Below, piece by piece: positions 40,543 through 51,022 of a DNA stretch of 64,000 bases. The notes under the pieces were generated by a model. The model worked only from the letters and a program-made list of their open reading frames with translations, searched no databases and was not told the origin of the DNA. Position 1 is the stretch's first letter. Each line of letters begins with the position of its first letter. Position numbers and translations under genes: made by a program. Source of the stretch: Candidatus Multivorans sp. (lineage in GTDB: Bacteria; Acidobacteriota; Thermoanaerobaculia; Multivoradales; Multivoraceae); NCBI GenBank assembly GCA_965247095.1, contig OZ251997.1:3744001-3808000 (forward strand), written 5' to 3'.

Positions 40543-41802
40543 TCAGGTCAGCGCCGGGTAGACGATCGACTTGAGCTGGCCGCGGAAGTTGAACGTGCCC
40601 GACATCCAGAACTGGACCATGAAGATGACGATCAGGTCCTCCTTCGGATCGATCCAGAAGGCGGTGCTGGCGGCCCCGCCCCAGCCGTACTCGCCGACGG
40701 ACCCGATCGTCTGGGCGACGGCAAGGTCGAGCGTGACGGAGACGCCAAGGCCGAAGCCGACGCCCTCGTAGGTCGTCTCGCTGAAGGCGCCGACCGCCAG
40801 CTCGGTCAGGTCGCGGCCGCCAGGGAGGTGATTCATCGTCATCAGTTCCACCGTCTTGCGGCCGAGGATGCGCACGCCCTCCAGGCTTCCGCCGTTCAGC
40901 ATCATCTGGCAGAACCGGTAGTAGTCGTGCGCCGTCGATACCAGGCCGCCGCCGCCCGAGAAGAAGGTGACTTCGTCGGTGTAGTGACTTGCCAGCGGAT
41001 CGTCGAGCACGACCAGCTTCTTGTTCCGGTCGCGGCGGTAGTTGGCCGCGAAGCGGTCGATCTTGGACGCGGGTACGGCGAACCCCGTGTCGACCATGCC
41101 CAGGGGCCCTGTGATGTGCTCCTGCAGGTACTCGTCGTACGGCTGCCCGGAGAGCACCTCGACCAGATAGGCGAGCACGTCCGTCGCCACGGAGTAGTTC
41201 CATGCCTCGCCGGGGGAGAACTCGAGGGGTTGTTCGGCGAGCTGCTCGATCATCTGCTGCAGGCTGCCGCCTACCGGTGGCCCGCCGACGCCGAGCTCGC
41301 GGTACGCGGCGTCCACGTTCGTGCGCTCCATGAAGCCGTAGGTGAGGCCGGACTGGTGGGTGAAGAGGTCGCGGATCGTCATCGGTCGCTCTGTGGGCCG
41401 GGTCAGGAAGTGCGGGTGATTGCCGCTCTGGAACACCCGCAGGTTCCGCCACTCGGGGATGAACTTGTGGACCGGATCGTCGAGCTGGAAGTGGCCCTGC
41501 TCGTAGAGCTGCAGCAGCGCTACCGAAGTGATCGGCTTGGTCATCGAGTAGATGCGGAAGATCGTGTCGGGCTGCATGGGCCGCCCGCGCTCTCGGTCCA
41601 TCAGACCCTGGGCCGACAGGTACGCGGGCTTGCCGCCGCGGGCGACCAGGGTGAGGCAGCCGGCGATCTTCTCGGGCGCCAGGTAACGCCGTCGAAGGTG
41701 CTCGTCGATGCGCGACAACTGAGCGGCGCTGAGGCCGACATCTTCAGGGACAGCGAGGTCGAGTCGGGAGGGAGCGGTGACCAGGGCGGGACGGGCCGGC
41801 AT
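40543..41802 (-). CDS. Serine hydrolase (beta-lactamase class C/esterase family)
   Basis: IFRIYSMTKP (SxxK), LFTHQSGL, WNYS, YGWGGAAST, WIDP. Confidence 0.9.
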   Translation of the reverse strand: MPARPALVTAPSRLDLAVPEDVGLSAAQLSRIDEHLRRRYLAPEKIAGCLTLVARGGKPAYLSAQGLMDRERGRPMQPDTIFRIYSMTKPITSVALLQLYEQGHFQLDDPVHKFIPEWRNLRVFQSGNHPHFLTRPTERPMTIRDLFTHQSGLTYGFMERTNVDAAYRELGVGGPPVGGSLQQMIEQLAEQPLEFSPGEAWNYSVATDVLAYLVEVLSGQPYDEYLQEHITGPLGMVDTGFAVPASKIDRFAANYRRDRNKKLVVLDDPLASHYTDEVTFFSGGGGLVSTAHDYYRFCQMMLNGGSLEGVRILGRKTVELMTMNHLPGGRDLTELAVGAFSETTYEGVGFGLGVSVTLDLAVAQTIGSVGEYGWGGAASTAFWIDPKEDLIVIFMVQFWMSGTFNFRGQLKSIVYPALT

Positions 41803-41940
41803 GATGGGAATCCTCTGAGGATCTGATGGTCGCGGGACGGTGGACGGCGCGGCGATCTTTGCAGATCGCGCCGCAGTGGAAGTTCCTCCCACGGTCGAGT
41901 TGCATCCTTCCGGCGGCGGCCCGCATACAATCGCGCAGCC

Positions 41941-42756
41941 GTGGCCGAACCCTTAGCCTCCTCGCAGCCGGTCTCGACCTGTCTCGAGATCAGCGGGCTC
42001 ACTCTGTCCTTCGGCGGCGTACGCGCGCTCGACGATGTCGCTCTGGACGTGCGTCACGGCGAGGTGTTCGCGATCATCGGGCCGAACGGCGCCGGCAAGA
42101 CGTCGCTGCTCAACTCGATCAGCGGTCTCTACCGTCCGCAGCAGGGAACGATCACCTACTCCGCGTCACCGGGTGAGGCGCCCGTGTCCCTACTCGGCCG
42201 GGCGCCCCACAGGGTCGCGCAGCTCGGGGTCGCCCGCTCGTTCCAGAACATCGAGCTCTTCCGCGCCATGACGGTGCTCGAGAACCTGATGCTGGGGCGG
42301 CACATCCACATGCGCGGCAACGTGCTGACCTGCGGCATCTACTTTGGCTCGCAGCGCCGGGAGGAGATCGAGCACCGCGCCGCGGTCGAGGACGTGATCG
42401 ACTTTCTGGAGATCGAGAACCTCCGCCACCAGGCGGTCGGCACGCTCGCCTACGGCCTGCAGAAACGGGTCGAACTCGCCCGGGCGCTGGCGCTCGACCC
42501 CAAACTCCTGCTGCTGGATGAACCGATGGCGGGGATGAACATCGAGGAGAAGGAGGACATGGCGCGCTTCGTCCTCGACGTGAACGAAGAACGGGGCGTG
42601 ACGACCGTGCTTATCGAGCACGACATGAGCGTGGTCATGGACCTCTCCGACCGGGTCGCCGTGCTCGACTTCGGCCGCTCGATCGCCTGTGGCTCGCCGG
42701 ACCATGTGCGTGCCGATCCGGAAGTGATTCGCGCCTATCTGGGAGGTTCCCAGTGA
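41941..42756 (+). CDS. ABC transporter ATP-binding protein (LivG-like)
   Basis: GPNGAGKT, RSFQN, LLLDEP, EHDM. Confidence 0.9.
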   Translation: MAEPLASSQPVSTCLEISGLTLSFGGVRALDDVALDVRHGEVFAIIGPNGAGKTSLLNSISGLYRPQQGTITYSASPGEAPVSLLGRAPHRVAQLGVARSFQNIELFRAMTVLENLMLGRHIHMRGNVLTCGIYFGSQRREEIEHRAAVEDVIDFLEIENLRHQAVGTLAYGLQKRVELARALALDPKLLLLDEPMAGMNIEEKEDMARFVLDVNEERGVTTVLIEHDMSVVMDLSDRVAVLDFGRSIACGSPDHVRADPEVIRAYLGGSQ

Positions 42757-44702
42757 GCTCGCCGGGCACCCTGCCGCGGGACGCGGACACGCTGCCGAAG
42801 TTGCTGCTGGGGAACGCCCGGGAGCGCGGCGACGAGGTCGCTCTGCGGGAGAAGGAGTTCGGCATCTGGCAGAGCTTGACCTGGACCGAGTACGCCGAAC
42901 GGGTGCGGAACTTCGCTCGCGGTCTCGTCGAGCTCGGCTTGAAGAAGGGCGAGATCGTGGCGGTGCTGGGCGACAATCGTCCGGAGTGGTTGATCGCGCA
43001 GCTCGCGGCGCAGTCGATTGGCGCCCGGTCCCTCGGCGTGTACCAGGATTCGGTCGCGGTCGAAGTCCGTTACCTGATGGAGTTCTCCGGCGCCCGGTTC
43101 GTGATCGCCGAGGACCAGGAGCAGGTCGACAAGCTGCTGGAAGTCTGGGACGAGTTGAGCGGCAGCGACGGGAGTGGCGACCACGCGGTAACCAAAGTCA
43201 TCTACTACGACCCACGCGGACTCGGTTCCTACCCACACGACTTCCTGCTCGGCTTTCCCGCAGTGGAGGAGATCGGACGGTCCGGCGGGAGCAGCACCGA
43301 AGCCGACTTCGAGAGTTGGGTCGCGGCGACCGAAGCCGACGACGTGGCTCTGCTCTCGACGACTTCCGGCACCACGGGCAAGCCGAAGCTGGCGATGCTG
43401 TCCCATCGGAATCTGCTGACCATGGCGCACAGCTTCAACGGCATCGACCCGATGCAGAGCGACGACGAGTTCGTGTCCTTCCTGCCCCTGGCCTGGATCG
43501 GCGAACAGATGATCGGCGCCGCCTGTGGGCTGCTGGTCGGTTTCTCCCTGAACTTCCCGGAGGAGCCGGAGACGGTGCAGCAGGACATTCGCGAGATCGG
43601 ACCGCACACGATGTTCTCGCCGCCGCGCATCTGGGAGAACATGGTCTCCGACGTCCAGGTCCGGATCGAGGACTCGTCGTGGCTCAAGCGGAAGGTCTAC
43701 AACTGGGCGCTCGATGTCGGTTACCGCTCCGCCGACACCCTGCTCGAACACGGCAGCCAACCAGCGCTCCTCGCCTTCAAGCGCACGCTGGCGAACTCGT
43801 TCTGCTTCTTCTGGCTGCGCGACAAGCTGGGCCTCAGGAGAATCCGGCGCGCCTACACAGGCGGCGCCGCTTTGGGGCCGGACATCTTCCGTTTCTTCCA
43901 TGCCATCGGCGTGAACCTGAAGCAGATCTACGGCCAGACCGAGGTCTCGGGCATCTCGGTCGTCCACCGTGACGACGACATCAAGTTCCATACGGTGGGC
44001 ACGCCGGTCCCCGGTATGGAGGTCCGCCTCGGCGAGGGCGGCGAGATCCTGACCAGAAGCCCGTCCGTGTTCCTGGGCTACTACAACAACGAGGAGGCCA
44101 CGGGGGAAGCGCTCCGAGACGGCTGGCTCTACTCCGGTGACGCCGGCTACATGGACGACGACGGGCACCTGATCGTCATCGACCGCAAGAAGGACGTGAT
44201 GGAGCTGCACGACGGCACCCAGTTCTCGCCGCAGTTCATCGAGAACAAGCTGAAGTTCAGCCCCTACATCAAGGAGGCGGTCGTGTTCGGCGGCGGCGAC
44301 TACCCGTTCGTGACTTCCCTGGTCACGATCGACTTCGCCAACGCGGGCAAATGGGCGGAACGCCGTCAAATCCCCTACACGACCTTCACCGACCTGGCGC
44401 AGAAGCCCGAGATCTACGAACTTGCGTTGGAGCACACGGCGCGCGTCAACGCCGATCTGCCCGAGTCGGCCCGTATCCAGCGGCTCCTGCTGTTGCACAA
44501 GGAACTCGACGCGGACGACGAGGAGCTGACCCGCACCCGCAAGGTGCGGCGCCGTTTCATCGCCGATCGCTATCGCCTGCTCGTCGACGCGCTATACGGC
44601 GGCAAGGACGCGGTGGAGATCGAGAACCAGATCACCTACCAGGACGGCACGACGGCCATTCTGCGGACCCGGCTGCGGATCGCCGCACCCGCGAGCGCGT
44701 AG
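42753..44702 (+). CDS. Long-chain acyl-CoA synthetase (AMP-binding)
   Basis: TSGTTGKPK, YGQTE, GWLYSGDAG, IDRKKD, ELTRTRKVRR. Confidence 0.9.
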   Translation: MSSPGTLPRDADTLPKLLLGNARERGDEVALREKEFGIWQSLTWTEYAERVRNFARGLVELGLKKGEIVAVLGDNRPEWLIAQLAAQSIGARSLGVYQDSVAVEVRYLMEFSGARFVIAEDQEQVDKLLEVWDELSGSDGSGDHAVTKVIYYDPRGLGSYPHDFLLGFPAVEEIGRSGGSSTEADFESWVAATEADDVALLSTTSGTTGKPKLAMLSHRNLLTMAHSFNGIDPMQSDDEFVSFLPLAWIGEQMIGAACGLLVGFSLNFPEEPETVQQDIREIGPHTMFSPPRIWENMVSDVQVRIEDSSWLKRKVYNWALDVGYRSADTLLEHGSQPALLAFKRTLANSFCFFWLRDKLGLRRIRRAYTGGAALGPDIFRFFHAIGVNLKQIYGQTEVSGISVVHRDDDIKFHTVGTPVPGMEVRLGEGGEILTRSPSVFLGYYNNEEATGEALRDGWLYSGDAGYMDDDGHLIVIDRKKDVMELHDGTQFSPQFIENKLKFSPYIKEAVVFGGGDYPFVTSLVTIDFANAGKWAERRQIPYTTFTDLAQKPEIYELALEHTARVNADLPESARIQRLLLLHKELDADDEELTRTRKVRRRFIADRYRLLVDALYGGKDAVEIENQITYQDGTTAILRTRLRIAAPASA

Positions 44703-44720
44703 CGTCCGAGGATCCCGACG

Positions 44721-45599
44721 ATGCAAGGCGACGTCTTCCTTCAGCTCACGGTTTCCGGCCTCTCGAACGGCATGGTCTACGCCCTGGTCGCGGTCGGCTT
44801 CGTCGTCATCTACAAGGCGAGCGACGTGATCAACTTCGCGCAGGGCGAGTTCCTTCTCTTCGGCGCCTACCTTGCGTTCGCCTTCATCGGCCAGTTCGGG
44901 CTGCCCTGGAGCGTTGGTGTGTTGGCGACCCTGCTCTCCGCCGCAATGATCGGCCTGATCGTGGAGCGGCTCGTCCTGCGGCCGCTGATCGGCGAGCCGG
45001 TGATCTCGATGATCATGGTCACGATCGGTCTGTCGAGTCTGCTGCGCGCAGTGATCAACGGCATCTGGGGAGCGCGGCCCAGGGCCTTCCCGAACTTCAT
45101 CCCCGAGGGCGAGGTCGAGTTCTTCGGCGCCGTGGTTGGCATCGACCGGTTGCTGGTCATCGGCATTGCCGGTGTCCTGCTCGCGGTTTTGACTCTCTTC
45201 TTCCGGCACACGCGGGACGGGATCGCGATGCGTGCGATCGCCGACGACCAGCAGGCGGCTCTGTCGATGGGCATCAGCATCAAGCGCGTGCTGGCGGTGG
45301 CATGGGCGATGGCGGCAATCACCGCGGCGGTCGCCGGCATCGTGCTGGCGAACACCGTCGGTGTCAGCCACGACATCATCTTCATCGGCCTGCGCGTGTT
45401 TCCGGTGGTCATCCTCGGTGGCCTCGACTCGGTTCCCGGCGCGATCGTCGGCGGCGCCGCGATCGGGTTGCTCGAGGCCTACACCGCCGGGTACACGACC
45501 TCCGGGTTGGAGCTCATCGTCCCGTACATCGTGCTGATCCTGGTGCTGATGGTCCGCCCCTACGGCCTGTTCGGCAAGGAGATCATCGAGAGGGTCTAG
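44721..45599 (+). CDS. ABC transporter permease (LivH-like)
   Basis: YALVAVGF, INFAQGE, GIAMRA, VILGGLDS, RPYGLFG. Confidence 0.9.
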   Translation: MQGDVFLQLTVSGLSNGMVYALVAVGFVVIYKASDVINFAQGEFLLFGAYLAFAFIGQFGLPWSVGVLATLLSAAMIGLIVERLVLRPLIGEPVISMIMVTIGLSSLLRAVINGIWGARPRAFPNFIPEGEVEFFGAVVGIDRLLVIGIAGVLLAVLTLFFRHTRDGIAMRAIADDQQAALSMGISIKRVLAVAWAMAAITAAVAGIVLANTVGVSHDIIFIGLRVFPVVILGGLDSVPGAIVGGAAIGLLEAYTAGYTTSGLELIVPYIVLILVLMVRPYGLFGKEIIERV

Positions 45600-45657
45600 C
45601 CGCGGGCCGCGCCGGACAACGACGCGTACAGCACCGCTCAACCCTCCTTCACCCACC

Positions 45658-46701
45658 ATGGAATCCGGAATCTTCTTCAGCGACTACCGCTCGGACATGT
45701 CCCTGCGGCGAATGCCCTTGCAGAAGGTGCGGACGGGACTGCTTCTGGTCGGGCTCCTCGTGTTTCCGTTCCTGGCCTCGCCGTACTGGCTTCACCTGGC
45801 CAATCAGATCGCCATCGCCACGATCGGCGCGATCGGCCTGAACATTCTGGTCGGTTACACGGGCCAGATCTCGCTCGGCCAGGGCGCGTTCATGGCGATC
45901 GGCGCCTATGGCGCCGGCCTTCTGACCGTCCGGCTCGGGGTACCGTTCTACATCAGTATTCCGGCCGCGGCTCTGATCACCGCCGTTGCCGGTCTGGTCG
46001 TCGGTTTGCCTTCGCTGCGGCTCAAGGGGCTCTACCTGGCTGTGGCCACCCTGGCCGCGCAGCAGATCGTTGAGTTCGTGGTCACGCATTGGGACGGGCT
46101 CACCGGCGGTACGGAGGCTCTGGTCGTGCCGGCGCCCGAACTGTTCGGCGCTCGCCTGAACACCGACGGGCGCTTCTACTGGATCCTGGTCGTCATCGCT
46201 CTGGCGGTCGCGCTCTTCACTGCGAATCTGTTTCGCTCGCGGGTGGGTCGAGCCTGGGTGGCGATCCGGGACCAGGACATCGCGGCTTCGGCGATCGGCG
46301 TCAACGTCTTCGGCTACAAGCTGCTCGCCTTCGCCACGTCGTCCTTCCTGGTCGGGCTCTCCGGCGCCTTGCTCGCCCACTACCGCTCGATCGTCACCTG
46401 GGAGCGGTTCACGATCGAGGTCTCCATTTCCTACCTCGCGATGATCATCATCGGCGGCCTGGGGACGATCTCCGGTTCTTTCTTCGGCGCCACGCTCATC
46501 GTCCTGCTCCCGGCAGTGATCAACACCGTGGGCCGTTCGTTGCAGGACACAGCGCCCTGGGCGGCCACGGTCCTGCCGTACGTCCAGCAGGGCGTCTTCG
46601 GCCTGGTGATCATCCTCTTCCTGGTGCTCGAACCGGAGGGCCTCGCCAAGCTCTGGCGCAACGTGAAGGACTACTTCCGCGTCTGGCCGTTCTCCTACTG
46701 A
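45658..46701 (+). CDS. ABC transporter permease (LivM-like)
   Basis: GYTGQISLGQGAF, LRLKGLYLAVATLA, GRAWVAIRD, IIGGLG. Confidence 0.9.
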   Translation: MESGIFFSDYRSDMSLRRMPLQKVRTGLLLVGLLVFPFLASPYWLHLANQIAIATIGAIGLNILVGYTGQISLGQGAFMAIGAYGAGLLTVRLGVPFYISIPAAALITAVAGLVVGLPSLRLKGLYLAVATLAAQQIVEFVVTHWDGLTGGTEALVVPAPELFGARLNTDGRFYWILVVIALAVALFTANLFRSRVGRAWVAIRDQDIAASAIGVNVFGYKLLAFATSSFLVGLSGALLAHYRSIVTWERFTIEVSISYLAMIIIGGLGTISGSFFGATLIVLLPAVINTVGRSLQDTAPWAATVLPYVQQGVFGLVIILFLVLEPEGLAKLWRNVKDYFRVWPFSY

Positions 46702-46803
46702 GTTCCGAGGGTCGGCGGCGCGCCGGCGCGGGCGATATGATCCGCTGGTTGCTCAGAGGCCACACTTGGGCTGCCCGGGGGCCCGTTTCAGGAGACATTC
46801 ACC

Positions 46804-48003
46804 ATGACCCGTCTCGCTTCCGTTGCTGTTCTTTCCCTGCTGCTGCTTGCCGCCTGCGGAGGCGGCGAACCGGTCGACGAGGCGACCGCCCCGATCAAGA
46901 TCGGCGCGATCTTCGATCTGACGGGTCCGACCTCGGACGTGGGCACGATGTACGCCGAGGCAATCCGCGACTACTACGACTGGCTCAACGAGCGCGGCGG
47001 TATCGGCGGTCGCCCTGTCGAGCTGATGTGGAACGACTACGGTTACGACGTGGCGAGGGCCGAACAGCTCTACTCCGAGTTCGTGCAGGCCGGGGCCGTG
47101 ATGTTCATGGGTTGGGGCACTGGTGACACGGAGGCCCTGAAAGGGAGGATCGCGGACGACCGAATCCCCTTCGTGTCCGCCTCGTTCTCGCACGTGCTGG
47201 GCGACCCGGCCGAGGCGCCGTACAACTTCCTCGTCGGCACCACCTACAGCGACCAGTTGTTCATCCTGCTCGACTACCTCATGGAGCAGGCGCAGGCCAC
47301 AGGAGGCGAGAAGCCGAACGTGGCGCTTATGCATCACGCGAGTCCGTTCGGTCTCTCCCCGTGGCGCCAGGGAGGCGAGGAGTACGCGATGCAGTTGGGC
47401 ATCGAGATGGCGCCACACGAGATGGCGCGCGGCAACACGGACTTCAGCGCCACACTGACCCGGATTGCCGAGTCCGGCGCCAACTGGGTCGTGTTCCAGA
47501 ACACGTCGAATCCGGCGTCGGTGGCGATCAAGAACGCGCGGGATCTCGGCCTCGACCTGCGCTTCGCCTGCCTGAACTACTGCAGCAACGAGGTGTTGGT
47601 GGAACTCGCGGGCGAGGCCGCGAACGGCGTCCTCGGGTCGATCATCTACTCGCCGCCCGGTGAGGGCATCGACGGCCTGAACGATGCCGCCGAATACCTC
47701 GCGGCACAGGGCGGATCGATCGACGAGGAGGGCCTGCTCTACGGCCAGGGTTGGACGGTGGCCAGCTTCGTGACGGAAGCCATCGAGCGCGCCGAGGCGA
47801 CGGGCGAGATTAGCGGCGAGGCCATCCACGCTGCGTTCGAGACCTTCGACGGTCTCGAATCCGGTGGTGTGACGGTTCCGGTCACCTTCACCGCCACCGA
47901 CCATCGCGGCGTCAAGGGCATGCGGATCTTCGAGGTCCGGGACGGCAAGTGGCAGCCGGTTACGGAGATGCGAGTGGCCGCCAGCCCGGAGGCGGCGGGG
48001 TAG
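46804..48003 (+). CDS. ABC transporter substrate-binding lipoprotein (LivJ/K-like)
   Basis: AGGAG SD, lipobox LAAC, IGAIFDLTGP, NERGGIGG. Confidence 0.9.
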   Translation: MTRLASVAVLSLLLLAACGGGEPVDEATAPIKIGAIFDLTGPTSDVGTMYAEAIRDYYDWLNERGGIGGRPVELMWNDYGYDVARAEQLYSEFVQAGAVMFMGWGTGDTEALKGRIADDRIPFVSASFSHVLGDPAEAPYNFLVGTTYSDQLFILLDYLMEQAQATGGEKPNVALMHHASPFGLSPWRQGGEEYAMQLGIEMAPHEMARGNTDFSATLTRIAESGANWVVFQNTSNPASVAIKNARDLGLDLRFACLNYCSNEVLVELAGEAANGVLGSIIYSPPGEGIDGLNDAAEYLAAQGGSIDEEGLLYGQGWTVASFVTEAIERAEATGEISGEAIHAAFETFDGLESGGVTVPVTFTATDHRGVKGMRIFEVRDGKWQPVTEMRVAASPEAAG

Positions 48004-48075
48004 AGCCAGCCGCACTCCGGGCGGCTGGTGGGCGACCCCGACCGACGCCGGGTTCGCCCCCCTCCCAGTCAAGCC

Positions 48076-48870
48076 ATGCTCTCCCTGAACAACGTCGAAG
48101 TCATCTACAACGACGTCATCCTCGTTCTCAAGGGGCTCTCGCTCAAGGTGGAACAGGGCCAGATCGCGGCGCTGCTGGGCACCAACGGGGCCGGCAAGTC
48201 GACGACGCTCAAGGCGATATCCGGGCTGCTTCACCCCGAGGACGGCGAGGTCACCGATGGCAGCGTCGAGTTCGAGGGCGAGCAGATCGACAAGCTGCCG
48301 GCCGAGGACATCGTGCGGCGCGGGATCTTCCAGGTCATGGAGGGGCGCCGGGTGTTCGAGCACCTGACGCCGCAGGAGAACCTGCTTGCCGGCGCCTACA
48401 CCGCTCGGGACAAGGGCGGGGTCGCCGAGTCGCTGGATCGCGTGTACAGCTACTTCCCGCGCCTCAAAGAGCGCGGCGCGTCGATGGCTGGTTTCCTCTC
48501 AGGCGGCGAGCAGCAGATGCTGGCGATCGGAAGGGCACTGATGGCCCAGCCGAAGCTCATGCTCCTCGACGAACCGTCGTTGGGGTTGGCGCCGTTGCTG
48601 GTCCAGGAGATCTTCGAGATCGTTCAGCGCATCAACCGGGAACGGGGAACCACGATCCTCCTGGTCGAACAGAACGCGGCGCGCGCCCTGGAGATCGCCC
48701 ACTACGGCTACATCATGGAAGGCGGCCGGGTGGTGCTCGAGGGAACGCCGGCGGAACTCCAGGACAACGCCGACGTCAAGGAGTTCTACCTGGGGCTGAC
48801 CCAGGTCGGGCAGAGGAAGAGCTACCGCGATGTGAAGCACTACCGGCGCCGCAAGCGCTGGTTGTCCTAG
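48076..48870 (+). CDS. ABC transporter ATP-binding protein (LivF-like)
   Basis: GTNGAGKST, LSGGEQQMLA, LLDEPSLGLAP, VEQNA. Confidence 0.9.
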   Translation: MLSLNNVEVIYNDVILVLKGLSLKVEQGQIAALLGTNGAGKSTTLKAISGLLHPEDGEVTDGSVEFEGEQIDKLPAEDIVRRGIFQVMEGRRVFEHLTPQENLLAGAYTARDKGGVAESLDRVYSYFPRLKERGASMAGFLSGGEQQMLAIGRALMAQPKLMLLDEPSLGLAPLLVQEIFEIVQRINRERGTTILLVEQNAARALEIAHYGYIMEGGRVVLEGTPAELQDNADVKEFYLGLTQVGQRKSYRDVKHYRRRKRWLS

Positions 48871-49640
48871 TCGCCGGCGGGCGGATCTTCTTCGATCGCT
48901 TCTTCGATCTCGCGCAGCCTTTCGCTGAGTTCGCGCCGCGCGTCGGCCGCGAACGGGTTCTCCCGGGCGATGGTCAGGAAGAGATCGTCGGAGTCGTGCC
49001 GGAGGTTCTCCTCGATCTTCATCATGTGCCGGTAGGCGACGGTGCCGAGGGCGGGGTCAGGGACGTGGATCTCGCGTAGCGCCTTCGCCATCCAATGGGT
49101 CAGTCCCTGAATGTAGGCCATCTCCACGTCGTGTTGCTCGGCCGACATTTCGAACACTTCCAACCCGAGGTCGGCCTCAAGAAACCCCCGCACGGCCCCG
49201 ACCCGATGCGGATCGACCGCACGGTCCGGAAGGCAGAGCACGACTTTCAGACCGCGGATGCCACGGCGACCGCTCTCGGGGCCGAACATCGGGTGCGTGC
49301 CGACGAACTGGACGCCCGGGGGCAGCAGCCGGTCGAGAATCTCCTGCGGTTTGATCTTCACCGACGCCACGTCGACGACCAGGCAGTCCGGCTTCAGGTG
49401 GGGCGTCAGCCGCTCGACCAGTGGTTCGAGGTCCTGCACCGGCACCGCCGGGATCACCACATCACAGCCGGCACAGCCTTCGAGGCTGGTCCACGGGAGT
49501 CCGAGCGCAGCCGCTTCCGGTTCGAGGTCGCGACGGTCCCACACCTGGACCTCGAAGCGGGGACCGAGGTGGGCGGCCAGGAAACCGCCAAAGCTGCCAA
49601 GACCGACGATTCCGATCGTCCTTGCCCAGCAGCCCTGCAC
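48867..49640 (-). CDS. Prephenate/arogenate dehydrogenase
   Basis: IGIVGLGSFG, DVASVK, THPMFGP, QHDVEMAYIQGLTH. Confidence 0.85.
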   Translation of the reverse strand: MQGCWARTIGIVGLGSFGGFLAAHLGPRFEVQVWDRRDLEPEAAALGLPWTSLEGCAGCDVVIPAVPVQDLEPLVERLTPHLKPDCLVVDVASVKIKPQEILDRLLPPGVQFVGTHPMFGPESGRRGIRGLKVVLCLPDRAVDPHRVGAVRGFLEADLGLEVFEMSAEQHDVEMAYIQGLTHWMAKALREIHVPDPALGTVAYRHMMKIEENLRHDSDDLFLTIARENPFAADARRELSERLREIEEAIEEDPPAGD

Positions 49641-49735
49641 CGTCGGCAGACTAGCAGTCCGTGGCTAGAGTGGCGTATCGGGCCTGACCCGCGTTCCCCT
49701 ACAATCGCGGGCCTACTGGAGAAAGGGGAAACGGG

Positions 49736-51022
49736 ATGTCGCCTAGAACCGGCGCCTTGGTGGGCGCTCTAGTGGCCGTCGCGGTGAGCTATGGTTCACC
49801 GCCCGTGGCCTACGCCGAAGACGAGCGCGCCAGCCGGGAGCATGTGCTGGGCCTGCTCCGGGAAGTGCCGTTGATCGACGGACACAACGATGTGCCCTGG
49901 CAGTACCGGACCCGGGTCGCGAATCACCTCGACCGGATCGACTTTCGCGATACGTCGTCGCTCGAGCCGCCGATGCACACCGATCTCGCGCGCCTGCGCC
50001 AGGGGGGAGTCGGCGCCCAGTTCTGGTCGGTCTACATCCCGACCTCCTTTGGCCGGCCGGGCGCGGCACGCGTCGTGTTCGAACAGGTCGATCTGACCAA
50101 GCGCCTGATCGAGCGGTACCCCGCCGACCTGGAACTGGCCTTGACGGCCGATGACATCGAGCGGATCCACGGCGCCGGCAAGGTCGCGTCACTGCTCGGC
50201 GCCGAAGGCGGGCACTCGATCGAGTCGTCTCTGGGGGTGCTGCGCCAGCTCTACGCCAGCGGCGTTCGCTACATGACCCTGACCCACGGCAGCAACGCGG
50301 CGTGGGCCGACTCCGCCACGGACCGGCCGGTGCACGGCGGGCTTACAGCCTTCGGCCGCCAGGTCGTGCGGGAGATGAACCGCCTGGGGATGCTGGTCGA
50401 CCTCTCCCATGTGTCGCCGCAGACGATGCACCAGGCGCTGGACGAGACGCAGGCGCCGGTCATCTTCTCCCATTCCTCGGCGTTCGCGGTCACGGCCAGC
50501 CCGCGCAACGTTCCCGACGACGTGCTGCGGCGGCTCGCGGAGAACGGGGGTGTCGCGATGGTCACCTTCGTGCCGTCCTTCGTCAACAACGGTGTACGCG
50601 CGTACTTCCGGCGTATGGACGCGGAGCGCCTCCGCCTCTCGGGGGCGGGCGTGGCGCCGGCCGAACTCCGCGGGCATCTCGAAGCCTGGCGCCGCGAGAA
50701 CCCCGGGCCGCAGGCTTCGCTAGGCGACGTGGCGGACCACATCGACCACATCCGGGCTTTGATCGGAACCGCCCACTTGGGGCTGGGTTCGGACTTCGAC
50801 GGCATCCCCACCGTGCCAGTCGGGCTCGAGGATGCCTCCACGTTCCCCGATCTCCTGGTCGAACTGGTTCGCCGGGGATACAGCGACGAGGAGTTGAAGG
50901 ACATCGCGGGACGCAGCTTCCTGCGCGCGATGCGCGGCGCGGAGGAGGCTGCCCGTGACCTGCAGGCCTCGGAGTCCGCGGCCGACGACCTGATTGAAGA
51001 AGTGGATGGTGGCAATGTCTGA
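49736..51022 (+). CDS. Membrane dipeptidase (peptidase M19)
   Basis: IDGHND, EGGHS, VDLSH, FSHSS, GSDFDG; signal peptide. Confidence 0.92.
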   Translation: MSPRTGALVGALVAVAVSYGSPPVAYAEDERASREHVLGLLREVPLIDGHNDVPWQYRTRVANHLDRIDFRDTSSLEPPMHTDLARLRQGGVGAQFWSVYIPTSFGRPGAARVVFEQVDLTKRLIERYPADLELALTADDIERIHGAGKVASLLGAEGGHSIESSLGVLRQLYASGVRYMTLTHGSNAAWADSATDRPVHGGLTAFGRQVVREMNRLGMLVDLSHVSPQTMHQALDETQAPVIFSHSSAFAVTASPRNVPDDVLRRLAENGGVAMVTFVPSFVNNGVRAYFRRMDAERLRLSGAGVAPAELRGHLEAWRRENPGPQASLGDVADHIDHIRALIGTAHLGLGSDFDGIPTVPVGLEDASTFPDLLVELVRRGYSDEELKDIAGRSFLRAMRGAEEAARDLQASESAADDLIEEVDGGNV